Shown: positions 19,477-29,290, counted from the first letter of the stretch. The stretch is DNA of 64,000 nucleotides from an uncultured delta proteobacterium (GCA_963782055.1 CAWAIF010000003.1:4768001-4832000); one strand, 5' to 3'. The notes: generated from the letters alone by a model not told the origin. Made by a program: numbers and translations.

Positions 19477-20369
19477 CACGCCTTCTGCGGCTTGAACTGG
19501 TCCAGGCCGAGGATCTGCCGCGCCTCGTCCACCGTCGCCGGCTTGCGCCCGGTGTCGCGCACCATGCGGGCGGCGACCTCCACCAGCTCGCCGTTGGACT
19601 TCGCCATCTCCCCGCCCGGCAGGTAGAAGTTGTCCTCCAGCCCGACGCGCACGTTGCCGCCGAGCACCAGCGCCGTCGCCAGCATCCGCCACTGGCACTT
19701 GGAGATGCCGATGACCTCCCACTCGCTGCCCGGCGCGAGATCGAGGGCGATCTGCTTCTGGAGCTGAAGGCTCTCCACCGTCGGCGGGATGCCGCCCAGC
19801 ACGTTGACGATGAACGAGAACTGCAGCGGCTTGTGGAGCACGCCCATGTCGAGCAGCGGCCAGATGCCGTGCGTGTGCCCGGTGTCGAAGCACTCCAGCT
19901 CCGGCTTCACGCCGCTCTCGTTCATGGCGGAGAGGAGCTTGATGATCTTGGAGTAGGTGTTCGGAAACACCATGTCGAAGGCGAAGGACTTACGCTTCGC
20001 CGAGTACTTCGAGTAGTTCATCGTGCCCATGTTGAGGGCGGCGATGGCGGGCCGGCTCTCGCGCACGTAGGTGCACTGCTCGGTCACGTCGTCCAGGATG
20101 GTGCCCGTCGAGAAGTTGAGGATGATCGGGCAGCGCTTCTGGATCTCCTCCTTGATCTTGGCGAAGGTCGCCGGGCTGAAGGTGGGCGAGCCGTCGTCGT
20201 TGCGCGCGTGGATGTGCACCACGGCGGCGCCGGCGTCGTAGGCGCGCTTCGCCTCGTCGGCGATCTCCGCGGGGGTGTAGGGGATGTGCGCGCACTGCTG
20301 CCGGTTGGCGAGCACGCCGCTGAGGGCGCACGTCACGACGCACAGGTCCGGATCTCTCTCGAAGGCCAT
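19476..20369 (-). CDS. 3-keto-5-aminohexanoate cleavage-family enzyme (BKACE, DUF849)
   Basis: VTCALSG, PYTPAEIA, GAAVVHIHAR, NFSTG, KPELECFD and RVGLEDN; RBS AAGGAG. Confidence 0.92.
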   Translation of the reverse strand: MAFERDPDLCVVTCALSGVLANRQQCAHIPYTPAEIADEAKRAYDAGAAVVHIHARNDDGSPTFSPATFAKIKEEIQKRCPIILNFSTGTILDDVTEQCTYVRESRPAIAALNMGTMNYSKYSAKRKSFAFDMVFPNTYSKIIKLLSAMNESGVKPELECFDTGHTHGIWPLLDMGVLHKPLQFSFIVNVLGGIPPTVESLQLQKQIALDLAPGSEWEVIGISKCQWRMLATALVLGGNVRVGLEDNFYLPGGEMAKSNGELVEVAARMVRDTGRKPATVDEARQILGLDQFKPQKA

Positions 20370-20371
20370 GG

Positions 20372-20848
20372 TCACTCCTTGCCGGGTTGGGGCGCGGCCA
20401 CGAGCTGGCGCACGCGCTTGGAGAGCTTGGTGGAGATCTTGAGCAGCTCCCGCGTCTCCTGCGCGGAGAGGCCGAGCAGCGCCTGGCGGAAGACCTCCAT
20501 CGGCTCGACGGGGATCTCGCGGGCGAGCTGGGCGCCCTTGGGGGTGAGCTTGATGTGCACGACGCGCCTGTCGGTGGTGGAGCGCGCGCGCAGGACCAGC
20601 CCCTCGCGCTCCATGCGATCGATGATCCCGGTCACGGTGCTGTTCTGCGCACGGATGCGCTCGGAGAGCTCGGTGAGGGAGAGGTCGCCGATCTGCTCGA
20701 GCATCTTGATCACCGTGAGCTGCGGGCCGGTGAGGTTCGCCCGGCGGGCGAACTCCTTCGTGACGCGGCGACCCTCCGTGTAGAGGTAGATGATCGCCTC
20801 GAGGATCTGGTCGACGTCCTGCTTGAGATCGGGGCTGAGGGGGGTCAC
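20372..20848 (-). CDS. MarR-family transcriptional regulator
   Basis: LTGPQL...STVTGIIDRMEREGLV.R...DRRVV.I.LT..G winged helix-turn-helix. Confidence 0.92.
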   Translation of the reverse strand: MTPLSPDLKQDVDQILEAIIYLYTEGRRVTKEFARRANLTGPQLTVIKMLEQIGDLSLTELSERIRAQNSTVTGIIDRMEREGLVLRARSTTDRRVVHIKLTPKGAQLAREIPVEPMEVFRQALLGLSAQETRELLKISTKLSKRVRQLVAAPQPGKE

Positions 20849-20906
20849 GAGAGGGGCCTCCGCGCGCGCTCCGCCCCGGAAACTGGAGCCCGTCGGGGCT
20901 GCATTC

Positions 20907-20952
20907 TTCCGAGGTTCGGAATTTTAGCGTGCGAAAGAATTGTACGCGAAAG
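20907..20952. promoter_or_regulatory. Candidate MarR operator region
   Basis: Palindrome TTCCGA-GGT-TCGGAA (20907-20921) and GCGAAAG direct repeats (20931, 20946) in an AT-rich patch upstream of marR. Confidence 0.4.
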
Positions 20953-20994
20953 GCCCCGCGTCAACCGAGAAGCGTCGACCGCGCGAGGCGCGGC

Positions 20995-21642
20995 CTAGAG
21001 GCAGGCGCCGACCAGCTTCTTGGTGGAGGTGCCGACGGTGACCTCGACGGTCGTGCAGTGCCGCGACTTGTCGGTGCAGTCGTTGTCGGTCGAGCAGAGC
21101 TCCAGGCCCTTCGTGCATGTCGCCGCGCACTGGGCGCCGCCCATCGTGACCGTCGTCGTCTTCGGACACCCGGCGGAGCTGGGGGGCGGCAGCCCGGCGC
21201 AGCACGCCGCGCCGCTGCATTGCGACGGGTTGTCGCAGTCCCAGCGATACTGATTCGGTCCGGCGCACGTCGTGCTGGCGGTGCAGCCGCTGCCGCTGAC
21301 CGACTGGCAGCAGGAGGGCATCTGGCTGCCGAGGGTGCAAGCGCTCGGAGGGCAGTCCATCGTGGTGCCGTTGGAGCCGCTCCCGGTGAACGGGCACGGG
21401 GGCGGCAATCCGTCCGGGCCACCGTCCACGGCGGGCGAACCTGAGTCGTTGCCGGCATCCACGCGGACGCAGACGCTGGACAGGCACGTCAGACCGGCGT
21501 TGCACGTACCGTTGGAGAAGCACGGCTGCCCCTCGTCGCCGGGGTTGCTGGTGGTGGTGGGCGTGTCGCCGACGCACGCCGCGACGCACACCATCCCGAT
21601 CGCCGTCATCCCCAAGAGCACTGCCAAGCTCGATGCGCGCAT
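20995..21642 (-). CDS. Cys-rich lipoprotein of unknown function
   Basis: Lipobox VAAC; many Cys including CC pairs; DAG linker. Confidence 0.7.
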   Translation of the reverse strand: MRASSLAVLLGMTAIGMVCVAACVGDTPTTTSNPGDEGQPCFSNGTCNAGLTCLSSVCVRVDAGNDSGSPAVDGGPDGLPPPCPFTGSGSNGTTMDCPPSACTLGSQMPSCCQSVSGSGCTASTTCAGPNQYRWDCDNPSQCSGAACCAGLPPPSSAGCPKTTTVTMGGAQCAATCTKGLELCSTDNDCTDKSRHCTTVEVTVGTSTKKLVGACL

Positions 21643-21772
21643 CGCCGCTCCTTTCGACAAGCCCCCAAGGTATCACCGTTGCTCCCTGTCGCGCGTGGCA
21701 CCCGCATCCGCCTTCCGTTAGACTGCGCGACAGCTTGCCCTCACTCTTTTCGCCGCAACTCCAGGAGCCACC

Positions 21773-22195
21773 ATGCGTCTTTCCTTGCTCATCGCTCTCA
21801 CGCTTCTCGCGGCCGCCGGCTGCGGAGGGCAGGTCGCCGGCCCCATCGACGCCGGCGCGGGCGACGGGCAGGCGGCGGACGCGACGAGCGACGTGAAGGT
21901 GGACGCCCCGCCGGCGGTCGACTGCACCAAGCTCGCGGCGGACATCGGCGACCTGGAGGAGCAGGCGCGCACCTGCTGCGCCTTCTGCAACTCCGTGCAG
22001 TGCTCGCACGTCGTGGACGGCCTCTGCTGCCCGGTCAGCATCACCTCCGACCAGGCGCCGGCCCTGGCGGCCGCGCTGGCGAAGTTCAAGGCGGCGGGCT
22101 GCGTCGCCGGATGCCCGGCCGTCCTGTGCCCCACGGCGCCGTCCAACGTGTGCGGTCCGGGGAAGGACCCGAACGGCGCCGGCCGCTGCCAGTAG
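21773..22195 (+). CDS. Small Cys-rich lipoprotein
   Basis: RBS AGGAG, lipobox AAGC, DAG linker, Cys-rich C-terminal domain. Confidence 0.75.
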   Translation: MRLSLLIALTLLAAAGCGGQVAGPIDAGAGDGQAADATSDVKVDAPPAVDCTKLAADIGDLEEQARTCCAFCNSVQCSHVVDGLCCPVSITSDQAPALAAALAKFKAAGCVAGCPAVLCPTAPSNVCGPGKDPNGAGRCQ

Positions 22196-22228
22196 CGGCC
22201 CGCCCGGTCGCCAGCGTGCGCGCGAGGG

Positions 22229-22879
22229 TCAGCCGCGGGCGTGCAGGCCGGTCACCGCCCACGCGCCGACGGCGGCGTAGGGAGCGACGAGCGACGAGCG
22301 CGGTCCGATCGTCACCACCCCGCCGTTGGCCGGGTTGTCCAGCGCCTCGAACTCCTCCACCGTCAGGTGAAGGAAGCGCATGACGAAGCAGCGCAGCGCC
22401 ATGCCGTGCGTGACGATGAGCACGCGCGCGGAGTCCTTGCGCTCCACCTGCCGCATCATGCTCTCCAGGAAGCCGGACACGCGGTCGTAGCAGTCCGCCG
22501 GGCTCTCACCGCCCTGGTAGCGGTAGTAGAACCAGCCGTGCGTCTCGCGCAGCGGCTCCTGCTCCTTCACGTCGGAGTAGCCGTGGTCCTGCTCGCGCAG
22601 GCGCGGGTCTTCGTAGACGCCGAGGCACTCCGAGCCGGCGCAGCCGGCGCCCTCCAGCAGGCCGTGGAGTGTCTGGCGCGTGCGCACGTACGGGGACGTG
22701 TAGACCAGGGCGCCGCGCAGGAAGTCCGCGCCGATCTCCCCGCCGGCGCGCCGCGCCTGCTGCTCGCCCAGCGGCGTCAGCAGCGCGCGGAAATCCCCCG
22801 CCTTCTGCGGGTCGAACTCCTGCACGTTGGCAGCGGACTGCCCGTGGCGGACGAGCTTGATGAGGAGGTCGCGCGGCAT
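22229..22879 (-). CDS. Histidine phosphatase (phosphoglycerate mutase family)
   Basis: LVRHGQS, SPYVRTRQT, LREQD, GES and VTHG motifs. Confidence 0.9.
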   Translation of the reverse strand: MPRDLLIKLVRHGQSAANVQEFDPQKAGDFRALLTPLGEQQARRAGGEIGADFLRGALVYTSPYVRTRQTLHGLLEGAGCAGSECLGVYEDPRLREQDHGYSDVKEQEPLRETHGWFYYRYQGGESPADCYDRVSGFLESMMRQVERKDSARVLIVTHGMALRCFVMRFLHLTVEEFEALDNPANGGVVTIGPRSSLVAPYAAVGAWAVTGLHARG

Positions 22880-22983
22880 CGCCTGTAGGTACATGGCCCA
22901 CCCGGCGCCGTCCGCCCGGCGGGTCGGGGGCGGTTGTAGCGCATCCGTCAGAGCTTTCACCCGGCTCGTGCGTACAAGCCCCC

Positions 22984-25044
22984 ATGCGCCGATCCGCCTT
23001 CACTCGGAGCCTCCTCCTGCTGGGGATCTCCAGCGCCGCCTGCTGGGCGTGCCACCGCCACGTCCCCGCGCCGCCCCCGCCGGATCCCGCGCCCGTGGTC
23101 GAAGCGCCGCCCGCGTCCCCCGTCGTCCCGCTGGAGCGCGTGGGCTCGCGGCGTGAGGGCGCGAGCGTCGCCCTCGCCAGGCTCGGGGGCAAGCCGGTCG
23201 CCCTGGTCGCCGACGCCGACAGCGGCGCGGTGCGCACCATCGACCTCGACGCGCGGCGAGAGGTGGGCTCGATCGACCTGCTCGGCCGTCCCGGTCAGAT
23301 CCTGGTGACGAGGCAAGGCAAGGTGGCGGTCGCGCTGCGGGACGACGGCGCCGTCGCCCTGCTCGACGCCCACGCCGACGGCTCGCTCAGCTTCGCCACG
23401 CGCCATCCCACCGCGGTCGAGCCCATCGCCCTCGCCCTCTCCCCGGACGACGCTACCCTCTTCGTCGCCTCCGGCTGGGGTCACACGCTGCAGTCCTTCG
23501 ACCTCGCCACGTGGAAGGAGACACGCCACCTGTCGATCGCGCGCGAGCCGCGCGCGGTGCTCGTCGCGCCCGACGGCAAGCACGCCTTCGTCGCGCACTC
23601 GTCGGTAGGCAAGCTGGACGTCATCGATCTCGCCGCCCCCGACGGCAAGCTCGCCGCCGTCGACCTGGGCGTGCCCAGCTTCACGCGTCCCGGCTCGCGC
23701 AGCCTCATCTTCGACGCGCTCGTCCCTGTGGACAACGAGGCCGGTCCCCCCATCGACGATCCCCCCATGCCGTTCCGCTGCGGCTTCGCGCGCCACCGTT
23801 TCGTCACGGTGCCGCCGCGGTTCGCGCGTCAGGGCTACGCGCTCGTCTCCTTCGCCGTGCCGGACCGGAAGGGCGGGGCCTCGCACGACGTCGTCCTCGC
23901 CCCCCACACCGAGGTGATGACCGGCGATCCGCTGGCCATCTCCAGCGGCTACGGCGGCGGCGGCATCGAGGACTTCGAGCAGGGCCTGCGCGCGGAGGTC
24001 TTCGGCATCTCCACGGTGGACGGGCGGAGCGGGACGAAGACCGTGTTCACGAGGGCGGGCGACTCCGCGACGCAGGACGGCTGCCACCTGCCGCGTGGCG
24101 CCGCCGTGGACGCGGCCGGCAAGCGTCTGCTGGTGGCCTGCCTCGGCAGCAACGCGCTGATGTCCTTCGACGTGAGCAAGGGCAAGGTCGGCCGCAAGGC
24201 GCTCGCGAGGGTGCCTGTCGCCGCGGGGCCGACGGGCGTGGCGGTGGACGAGACCGGAGGGCGCGCCGTCGTCTTCTCGCAGTTCGACGCCACCCTCTCC
24301 GTCGTCCCGCTCGCCACCCTGGCCGCGCCCGCCACCAAGGAGGCTCCCCCACCGGCGCCCCTCTTCACCGTGAAGCTGGAGCGTCCCTCCCGTCTCTCCG
24401 AGAAGGCCGCGCTCGGCCGCAAGCTCTTCCACTCCGGCGGCGACGCGCGCATCGCGAAGGACGGGCGCGCGTGCGCGAGCTGCCACCCCGGCGGCCGCGA
24501 CGACGGCCTCGTCTGGTCCACGCCCAACGGCCCCCGCCAGACGATCATGCTCGCCGGACGCGAGGCCCGCCCCGCGCCCTTCGGGTGGATGGGCAAGCAC
24601 GGCACGCTGCAGATCCACATGGCCGCCACGATGAAGAACCTGAAGGGCACCGGCCTGCCGGCGAGCGACGCGGACGCCCTCGCCGCCTACATCCAGACGA
24701 TGAAGGGCCCGCCGCACCCGGTGCGCACACTCACGAAGGAGGAGGAGCACGGCAAGGACGTGTTCGAGTCGCCCAGCACCGGCTGCTCCACCTGCCACGC
24801 CGGGTCGAGCGGCTTCTCCGACCACGACGTGCACAATGTGCATAGTGCAACCATCGCCGACACCCAGAGCGAGTTCCTCGCGCCCTCTCTCATCGGCGTC
24901 GGGGGCTCCGCCCCGTACTTCCACGACGGCCGCTACGCCACCCTGGACGACCTGATCGCCAAGAGCGACGGCAAGATGGGGACGACGAGCACGCTGAGCC
25001 CCATGGACCGCCGCGCCCTCGCGGCCTACCTGGCGACCCTGTAG
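22984..25044 (+). CDS. YVTN-type beta-propeller fused to a diheme cytochrome c (CcP/MauG-like) domain
   Basis: Signal peptide; propeller repeats (EP.ALALSPD); LGRKLF, CASCH, CSTCH, PSL.GV..SAPYFHDG. Confidence 0.85.
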   Translation: MRRSAFTRSLLLLGISSAACWACHRHVPAPPPPDPAPVVEAPPASPVVPLERVGSRREGASVALARLGGKPVALVADADSGAVRTIDLDARREVGSIDLLGRPGQILVTRQGKVAVALRDDGAVALLDAHADGSLSFATRHPTAVEPIALALSPDDATLFVASGWGHTLQSFDLATWKETRHLSIAREPRAVLVAPDGKHAFVAHSSVGKLDVIDLAAPDGKLAAVDLGVPSFTRPGSRSLIFDALVPVDNEAGPPIDDPPMPFRCGFARHRFVTVPPRFARQGYALVSFAVPDRKGGASHDVVLAPHTEVMTGDPLAISSGYGGGGIEDFEQGLRAEVFGISTVDGRSGTKTVFTRAGDSATQDGCHLPRGAAVDAAGKRLLVACLGSNALMSFDVSKGKVGRKALARVPVAAGPTGVAVDETGGRAVVFSQFDATLSVVPLATLAAPATKEAPPPAPLFTVKLERPSRLSEKAALGRKLFHSGGDARIAKDGRACASCHPGGRDDGLVWSTPNGPRQTIMLAGREARPAPFGWMGKHGTLQIHMAATMKNLKGTGLPASDADALAAYIQTMKGPPHPVRTLTKEEEHGKDVFESPSTGCSTCHAGSSGFSDHDVHNVHSATIADTQSEFLAPSLIGVGGSAPYFHDGRYATLDDLIAKSDGKMGTTSTLSPMDRRALAAYLATL

Positions 25045-25065
25045 TCCCGCGGAATTCCTGCCAAA

Positions 25066-25168
25066 CGTCGGACTGCTAGCACGCTCGCAATCCGGCGCGT
25101 GCCCGCTGCCGCGGCGTCCGGGCCGGGCCCCCACCCCGCGGATTGCGAGCGTGCTAGCGGTCCGGCGG
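25066..25168. repeat. Inverted pair of a ~30-bp palindromic element (REPIN-like)
   Basis: Arms 25066-25094 and 25139-25167 are reverse complements at 27/29 positions, separated by a 44-nt spacer. Confidence 0.75.
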
Positions 25169-25261
25169 AAGGGGGGCAGCTGGGGGGTGAGCAAGGGGAG
25201 ACGCTCCGCCGGCCGGGAGGTTGCGTGGACCCCGTCGCCGTGCTTCCCTTCCGGCCCCCCG

Positions 25262-25840
25262 ATGGACCACGAGTTCCAGATCCCCCTGACCGAGCTGGAC
25301 GCCGGCGGGCGTGATTACGCCTTCGCCATCGGCCCCGCCTGGCTCCACGCCGCCCTGGAGGGGACCGAGGCCTCCCCCGGCAAGTCCGCCGGCGAGGTGT
25401 CCGTCCGCCTCTCCAAGAGCGGTAACGACGTGGCCGTCCACGGAAAGCTCCACGTCGAGGTGACGGTCCACTGTGCCCGCTGCACCAAGCCCTTCCTTCT
25501 GCCCATGGAGGTCCCCCTGGCCGTGCTGATGGTGCCCGCCGCCACCGCCCGGACCCCAACCGGCGAGGAGGACCTGACCCCCCAGGACGCCGACGTCATC
25601 CCCTACGAGGGGGATCACGTCGTCCTGGACGATCTGGTCCGCGACGAGATCTTGCTCGCCGTCCCCATGATCCCCTTGTGCTCGGAAGATTGCCCGGGTA
25701 TTCACCCGGCTCCCACGGAGGAGCCCGCGCCGGAACGCATCGATCCGCGGCTCGCGCCCCTCCTGGCGCTCAAGGCCCAGGCCGGAGACACGCCGCCCCA
25801 TCCGGGCGAGCAGGCGACGAAGAAGAGGAAGAAGGAGTAG
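25262..25840 (+). CDS. yceD: YceD/DUF177 family protein
   Basis: [34 protein letters not shown]; directly upstream of rpmF. Confidence 0.9.
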   Translation: MDHEFQIPLTELDAGGRDYAFAIGPAWLHAALEGTEASPGKSAGEVSVRLSKSGNDVAVHGKLHVEVTVHCARCTKPFLLPMEVPLAVLMVPAATARTPTGEEDLTPQDADVIPYEGDHVVLDDLVRDEILLAVPMIPLCSEDCPGIHPAPTEEPAPERIDPRLAPLLALKAQAGDTPPHPGEQATKKRKKE

Positions 25841-25844
25841 CGCC

Positions 25845-26033
25845 GTGGCAGTCCCCAAGCGACGAACCAGCCGATCCAAGCGCAACATGCGCCGCGCCAA
25901 CCACGACAAGGTGACCGCCCCGCAGCTCATCGCGTGCGCGCACTGCGGCGAGCCCAGCGTGCCCCACCGGGCGTGCGCCTCGTGCGGTTTCTACAAGGGC
26001 AAGAAGGTTCGCGCCGGCTCCGCCAAGGAATAG
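25845..26033 (+). CDS. rpmF: 50S ribosomal protein L32 (Zn-ribbon form)
   Basis: [20 protein letters not shown] and CASC. Confidence 0.97.
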   Translation: MAVPKRRTSRSKRNMRRANHDKVTAPQLIACAHCGEPSVPHRACASCGFYKGKKVRAGSAKE

Positions 26034-26052
26034 GCGCTACCCTTCGCATACC

Positions 26053-27054
26053 GTGCCCACCACCGTCATCCCGAAGAGCCGCGTCCTAGGCACCGGCCGC
26101 TACCTGCCGCCCCTCGTCCGCACGAACTTCGACCTCGAGAAGATGGTGGAGACGTCGGACACGTGGATCCGGGAACGTACCGGCATCCGCGAGCGCCGCA
26201 TCGCGCCGGAGGGCATGGTCACCAGCGACATGGCGACCGGCGCGGCCAAGGCCGCGCTGGAAGCGGCCGGCCTCGAGGCCAAGGACCTGGACCTCATCAT
26301 CGTGGGCACCGTCACGCCGGACATGCCCATGCCGGCGACCGCGGTCTTCGTGCAGCAGAAGCTCGGCGCGCGGCCGACGTGCCCCTCCTTCGACCTGTCC
26401 GCCGCGTGCGCTGGCTTCATCTACGGCATGACGATCGCCGACCAGTTCGTGCGCTCCGGCGCGGCCAAGCACGTGCTGGTGGTCGGCGTGGAGCTGCTCT
26501 CGCGCGTCATCGACTGGAGCGATCGCACCACGTGCGTCCTCTTCGGCGACGGCGCCGGCGCCGTCGTCATCGGCCCGGCGGAGGGCGACGACCGCGGCAT
26601 CCTCGCCACGCAGATCTTCAGCGACGGCTCGCTCGCCGAGTCGCTCATGATCCCCGGCGGCGGCAGCCGGGAGCCCGCCTCGAGCGACGTGCTCGCCCAG
26701 ACGCGCCACAAGGTGAAGATGCGCGGCCAGGACATCTTCAGGGCCGCCGTGCGAAACCTGTACTCGGCGAGCCAGGGCTGCGTCGACTCCGTCGGCCTGA
26801 AGAACGAAGAGGTCGACTGGGTGGTGCCGCACCAGGCCAACCTGCGCATCATCGATCAGGTGACCGCCCGCGCGAGCTACCCCAAGAGCAAGGTGCTCAC
26901 CAACATCGAGCACGTCGGCAACACCTCCAGCGCATCCATCCCCATCCTGCTCGACGAGAGCGTGCGCGAGGGCAAGATCAAGAAGGGCCACGTCGTGCTG
27001 ATGTGCGCGCTCGGCGCCGGGATCTCCTGGGGCGCCGCCCTCGTCCGGATGTGA
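26053..27054 (+). CDS. fabH: Beta-ketoacyl-ACP synthase III
   Basis: WIRERTGI, AACAGF, LFGDGAGA, PHQAN and GNTSSAS. Confidence 0.96.
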   Translation: MPTTVIPKSRVLGTGRYLPPLVRTNFDLEKMVETSDTWIRERTGIRERRIAPEGMVTSDMATGAAKAALEAAGLEAKDLDLIIVGTVTPDMPMPATAVFVQQKLGARPTCPSFDLSAACAGFIYGMTIADQFVRSGAAKHVLVVGVELLSRVIDWSDRTTCVLFGDGAGAVVIGPAEGDDRGILATQIFSDGSLAESLMIPGGGSREPASSDVLAQTRHKVKMRGQDIFRAAVRNLYSASQGCVDSVGLKNEEVDWVVPHQANLRIIDQVTARASYPKSKVLTNIEHVGNTSSASIPILLDESVREGKIKKGHVVLMCALGAGISWGAALVRM

Positions 27055-27101
27055 TCGGGTAGGGTTGCGGCCGGGCCCGCACCAAAGTAAACGCGCGCGA
27101 C

Positions 27102-28052
27102 ATGAGCATCGCGTGGGTCTTTCCGGGTCAGGGCGCCCAGGCCGTCGGCATGGGCAAGGACGTGATCGCCGCCTCCGCCGCCGCACGTGACGTGCTGGCG
27201 CGCGCCGACGCCGCGCTGGCCGAGCCGCTCTCGCGCCTCATCGCCGAGGGGCCGGAGGACCAGCTCACCCTCACGGCCAACGCCCAGCCGGCGATCGTGA
27301 CGACGAGCTGCGCGGTGCTCGCCGCCATCCGCGAGCGCGTACCCGACCTGCGGCCGCCCGCCTTCGCCGCCGGCCACTCCCTGGGCGAGTACTCCGCGCT
27401 GGTCGCCGCCGGCGCGCTCTCCCTGGAGGACGCCGTACGCCTGGTGCGCGCGCGCGGCCGCGCCATGCAGGACGCCGTGCCTCCCGGCGCCGGCGCCATG
27501 AGCGCGGTGATGGGCCTCGACCCCGAGAAGGTCGATGCACTCTGCAAGCAAGCCGCGCAGGGCGAGGTGGTGAGCGCGGCCAACTTCAACGCGCCGGGGC
27601 AGGTGGTCATCGCCGGTCAGGCCAGCGCCGTCGCCCGCGCGGCGGAGCTGATGGCCGCGGCGAAGGGCAAGGTCATCCCCCTCAAGGTGAGCGCCCCCTT
27701 TCACTGCGCGATGATGGCCCCCGCCGCGCGCGCGCTGCTGGCGGAGCTGGAGCGCGTCACCGTCGCGCCCCTCGCCTTCCCCATCGTCGCCAACGTCGAC
27801 GCGCGCCCCAACCAGGACGCGTCGCGCGTCAAGGACCTGCTCGTCCGCCAGGTGGATGGCGCGGTGCGCTGGGAGGAGTCGGTGCGCCTCATGCAGCGCG
27901 AGGGCGTGACGCATGCGCTGGAGATCGGTCCGGGGAAGGTGCTCGCCGGGCTGATCCGCCGCACGGCGAAGGAGATCAAGGTGCTCAGCGTGGGCGACGC
28001 CGCCGCCCTCGACCAGGTGGCCGCCTTCGTCGCGGAGGCGTCCGGCGCCTGA
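27102..28052 (+). CDS. fabD: Malonyl-CoA:ACP transacylase
   Basis: FPGQG, AQPAI, GHSLGEY, VSAPFH and EIGPG. Confidence 0.96.
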   Translation: MSIAWVFPGQGAQAVGMGKDVIAASAAARDVLARADAALAEPLSRLIAEGPEDQLTLTANAQPAIVTTSCAVLAAIRERVPDLRPPAFAAGHSLGEYSALVAAGALSLEDAVRLVRARGRAMQDAVPPGAGAMSAVMGLDPEKVDALCKQAAQGEVVSAANFNAPGQVVIAGQASAVARAAELMAAAKGKVIPLKVSAPFHCAMMAPAARALLAELERVTVAPLAFPIVANVDARPNQDASRVKDLLVRQVDGAVRWEESVRLMQREGVTHALEIGPGKVLAGLIRRTAKEIKVLSVGDAAALDQVAAFVAEASGA

Positions 28053-28194
28053 GCAAATCGGCAGGGCCCCGCCCCACGCGGGCCCTGCGCGACGCGTCGG
28101 TCGTCGGCCCGGCGCCCCGGATCTGCTTTTCGCGCTTTTCTCGGCCGGAGAAGCGTGCGAAGAAAGCGCCCCGCTGGAGGACTGTACGAACCCG

Positions 28195-28941
28195 ATGTTT
28201 CGACTCGACGGAAAGGTAGCGCTCGTCACCGGCGGCTCGCGCGGGATCGGCCGCGCGGTGGCCGAGGCCCTCGCCGAGCAGGGCGCCGCGGTGATCGTCA
28301 ACTACGTCCGGGGTGAGGCGGCCGCGCGTGAGGTGGCCGACGGCATCGTCTCCCGCGGCGGCAAGGCGGAGATCGCCGGCTTCGACGTGGCCGACACCGC
28401 CGCGACCGAGGCCGCGATGGACGCCCTCATCAAGCAGCACGGCAAGCTGGACGTGCTCGTCGCCAACGCCGGCATCGCCATCGACGGCCTGCTGCTGCGT
28501 ATCAAGGACGAGGACCTGCAGAAGCTCTTCGACACCAACGTCAAGGGCACCCTCACCTGCGCCCGCGTCGCCACCAAGTCCATGATGCGCGCCAAGACCG
28601 GCCGGATCATCTTCCTGTCCTCCGTCGTCGGGGAGATGGGCAACGTCGGCCAGACGGCCTACGCCGCCACCAAGGCGGCGCTGCTCGGCGCCGCCAAGTC
28701 CATCGCGCGCGAGTACGCCTCCCGCAACATCACCGTCAACGCCGTGGCCCCCGGCTTCATCGACACCGACATGACACAGGCCATGAACGACGCCGCGAGG
28801 GACGCGGTCCTCAAGGCCATCCCCCTCGGCCGCACCGGCACCGCCCGGGAGGTCGCCGCGGCCTGCGCCTACCTCGCGAGCGACGAGGCGGCCTACGTCA
28901 CCGGCCAGGTCCTGCGCGTCAACGGCGGGATGTACGTCTAG
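28195..28941 (+). CDS. fabG: 3-oxoacyl-ACP reductase
   Basis: TGGSRGIG, NAGI, YAATK, PGFIDTDMT, VNGGM; fab cluster context. Confidence 0.95.
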   Translation: MFRLDGKVALVTGGSRGIGRAVAEALAEQGAAVIVNYVRGEAAAREVADGIVSRGGKAEIAGFDVADTAATEAAMDALIKQHGKLDVLVANAGIAIDGLLLRIKDEDLQKLFDTNVKGTLTCARVATKSMMRAKTGRIIFLSSVVGEMGNVGQTAYAATKAALLGAAKSIAREYASRNITVNAVAPGFIDTDMTQAMNDAARDAVLKAIPLGRTGTAREVAAACAYLASDEAAYVTGQVLRVNGGMYV

Positions 28942-29044
28942 TCACCCGGGCGGACGCGCGCCCCTATCCACGCGACATTCATCACTTTTCTTGCAGTCCT
29001 TCGCTTTTCGCGAAAAACCCCACGTTTTCTGATACGAGGCACGC

Positions 29045-29290
29045 ATGGCTCATGACATCCCGACCGAGGTCAAGCGCATCATCAAAGAGCAGCTCGACGT
29101 CGACGAGAAGGACATCAAGGCCGAATCCACGTTCATCGACGACCTCGGCGCGGATTCGCTAGGGCTGGTCGAGCTCGTTCTGGCCTTCGAAGAGGCCTTC
29201 GAGATCGACATTCCGGACGAGGACACCGAGAAGATCCGGACCGTCCAGGACGCGATTGACTACATCGAGAAGCACGCCAAGAAGAAGTAG
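29045..29290 (+). CDS. acpP: Acyl carrier protein
   Basis: DLGADSL phosphopantetheine site; [11 protein letters not shown]. Confidence 0.97.
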   Translation: MAHDIPTEVKRIIKEQLDVDEKDIKAESTFIDDLGADSLGLVELVLAFEEAFEIDIPDEDTEKIRTVQDAIDYIEKHAKKK

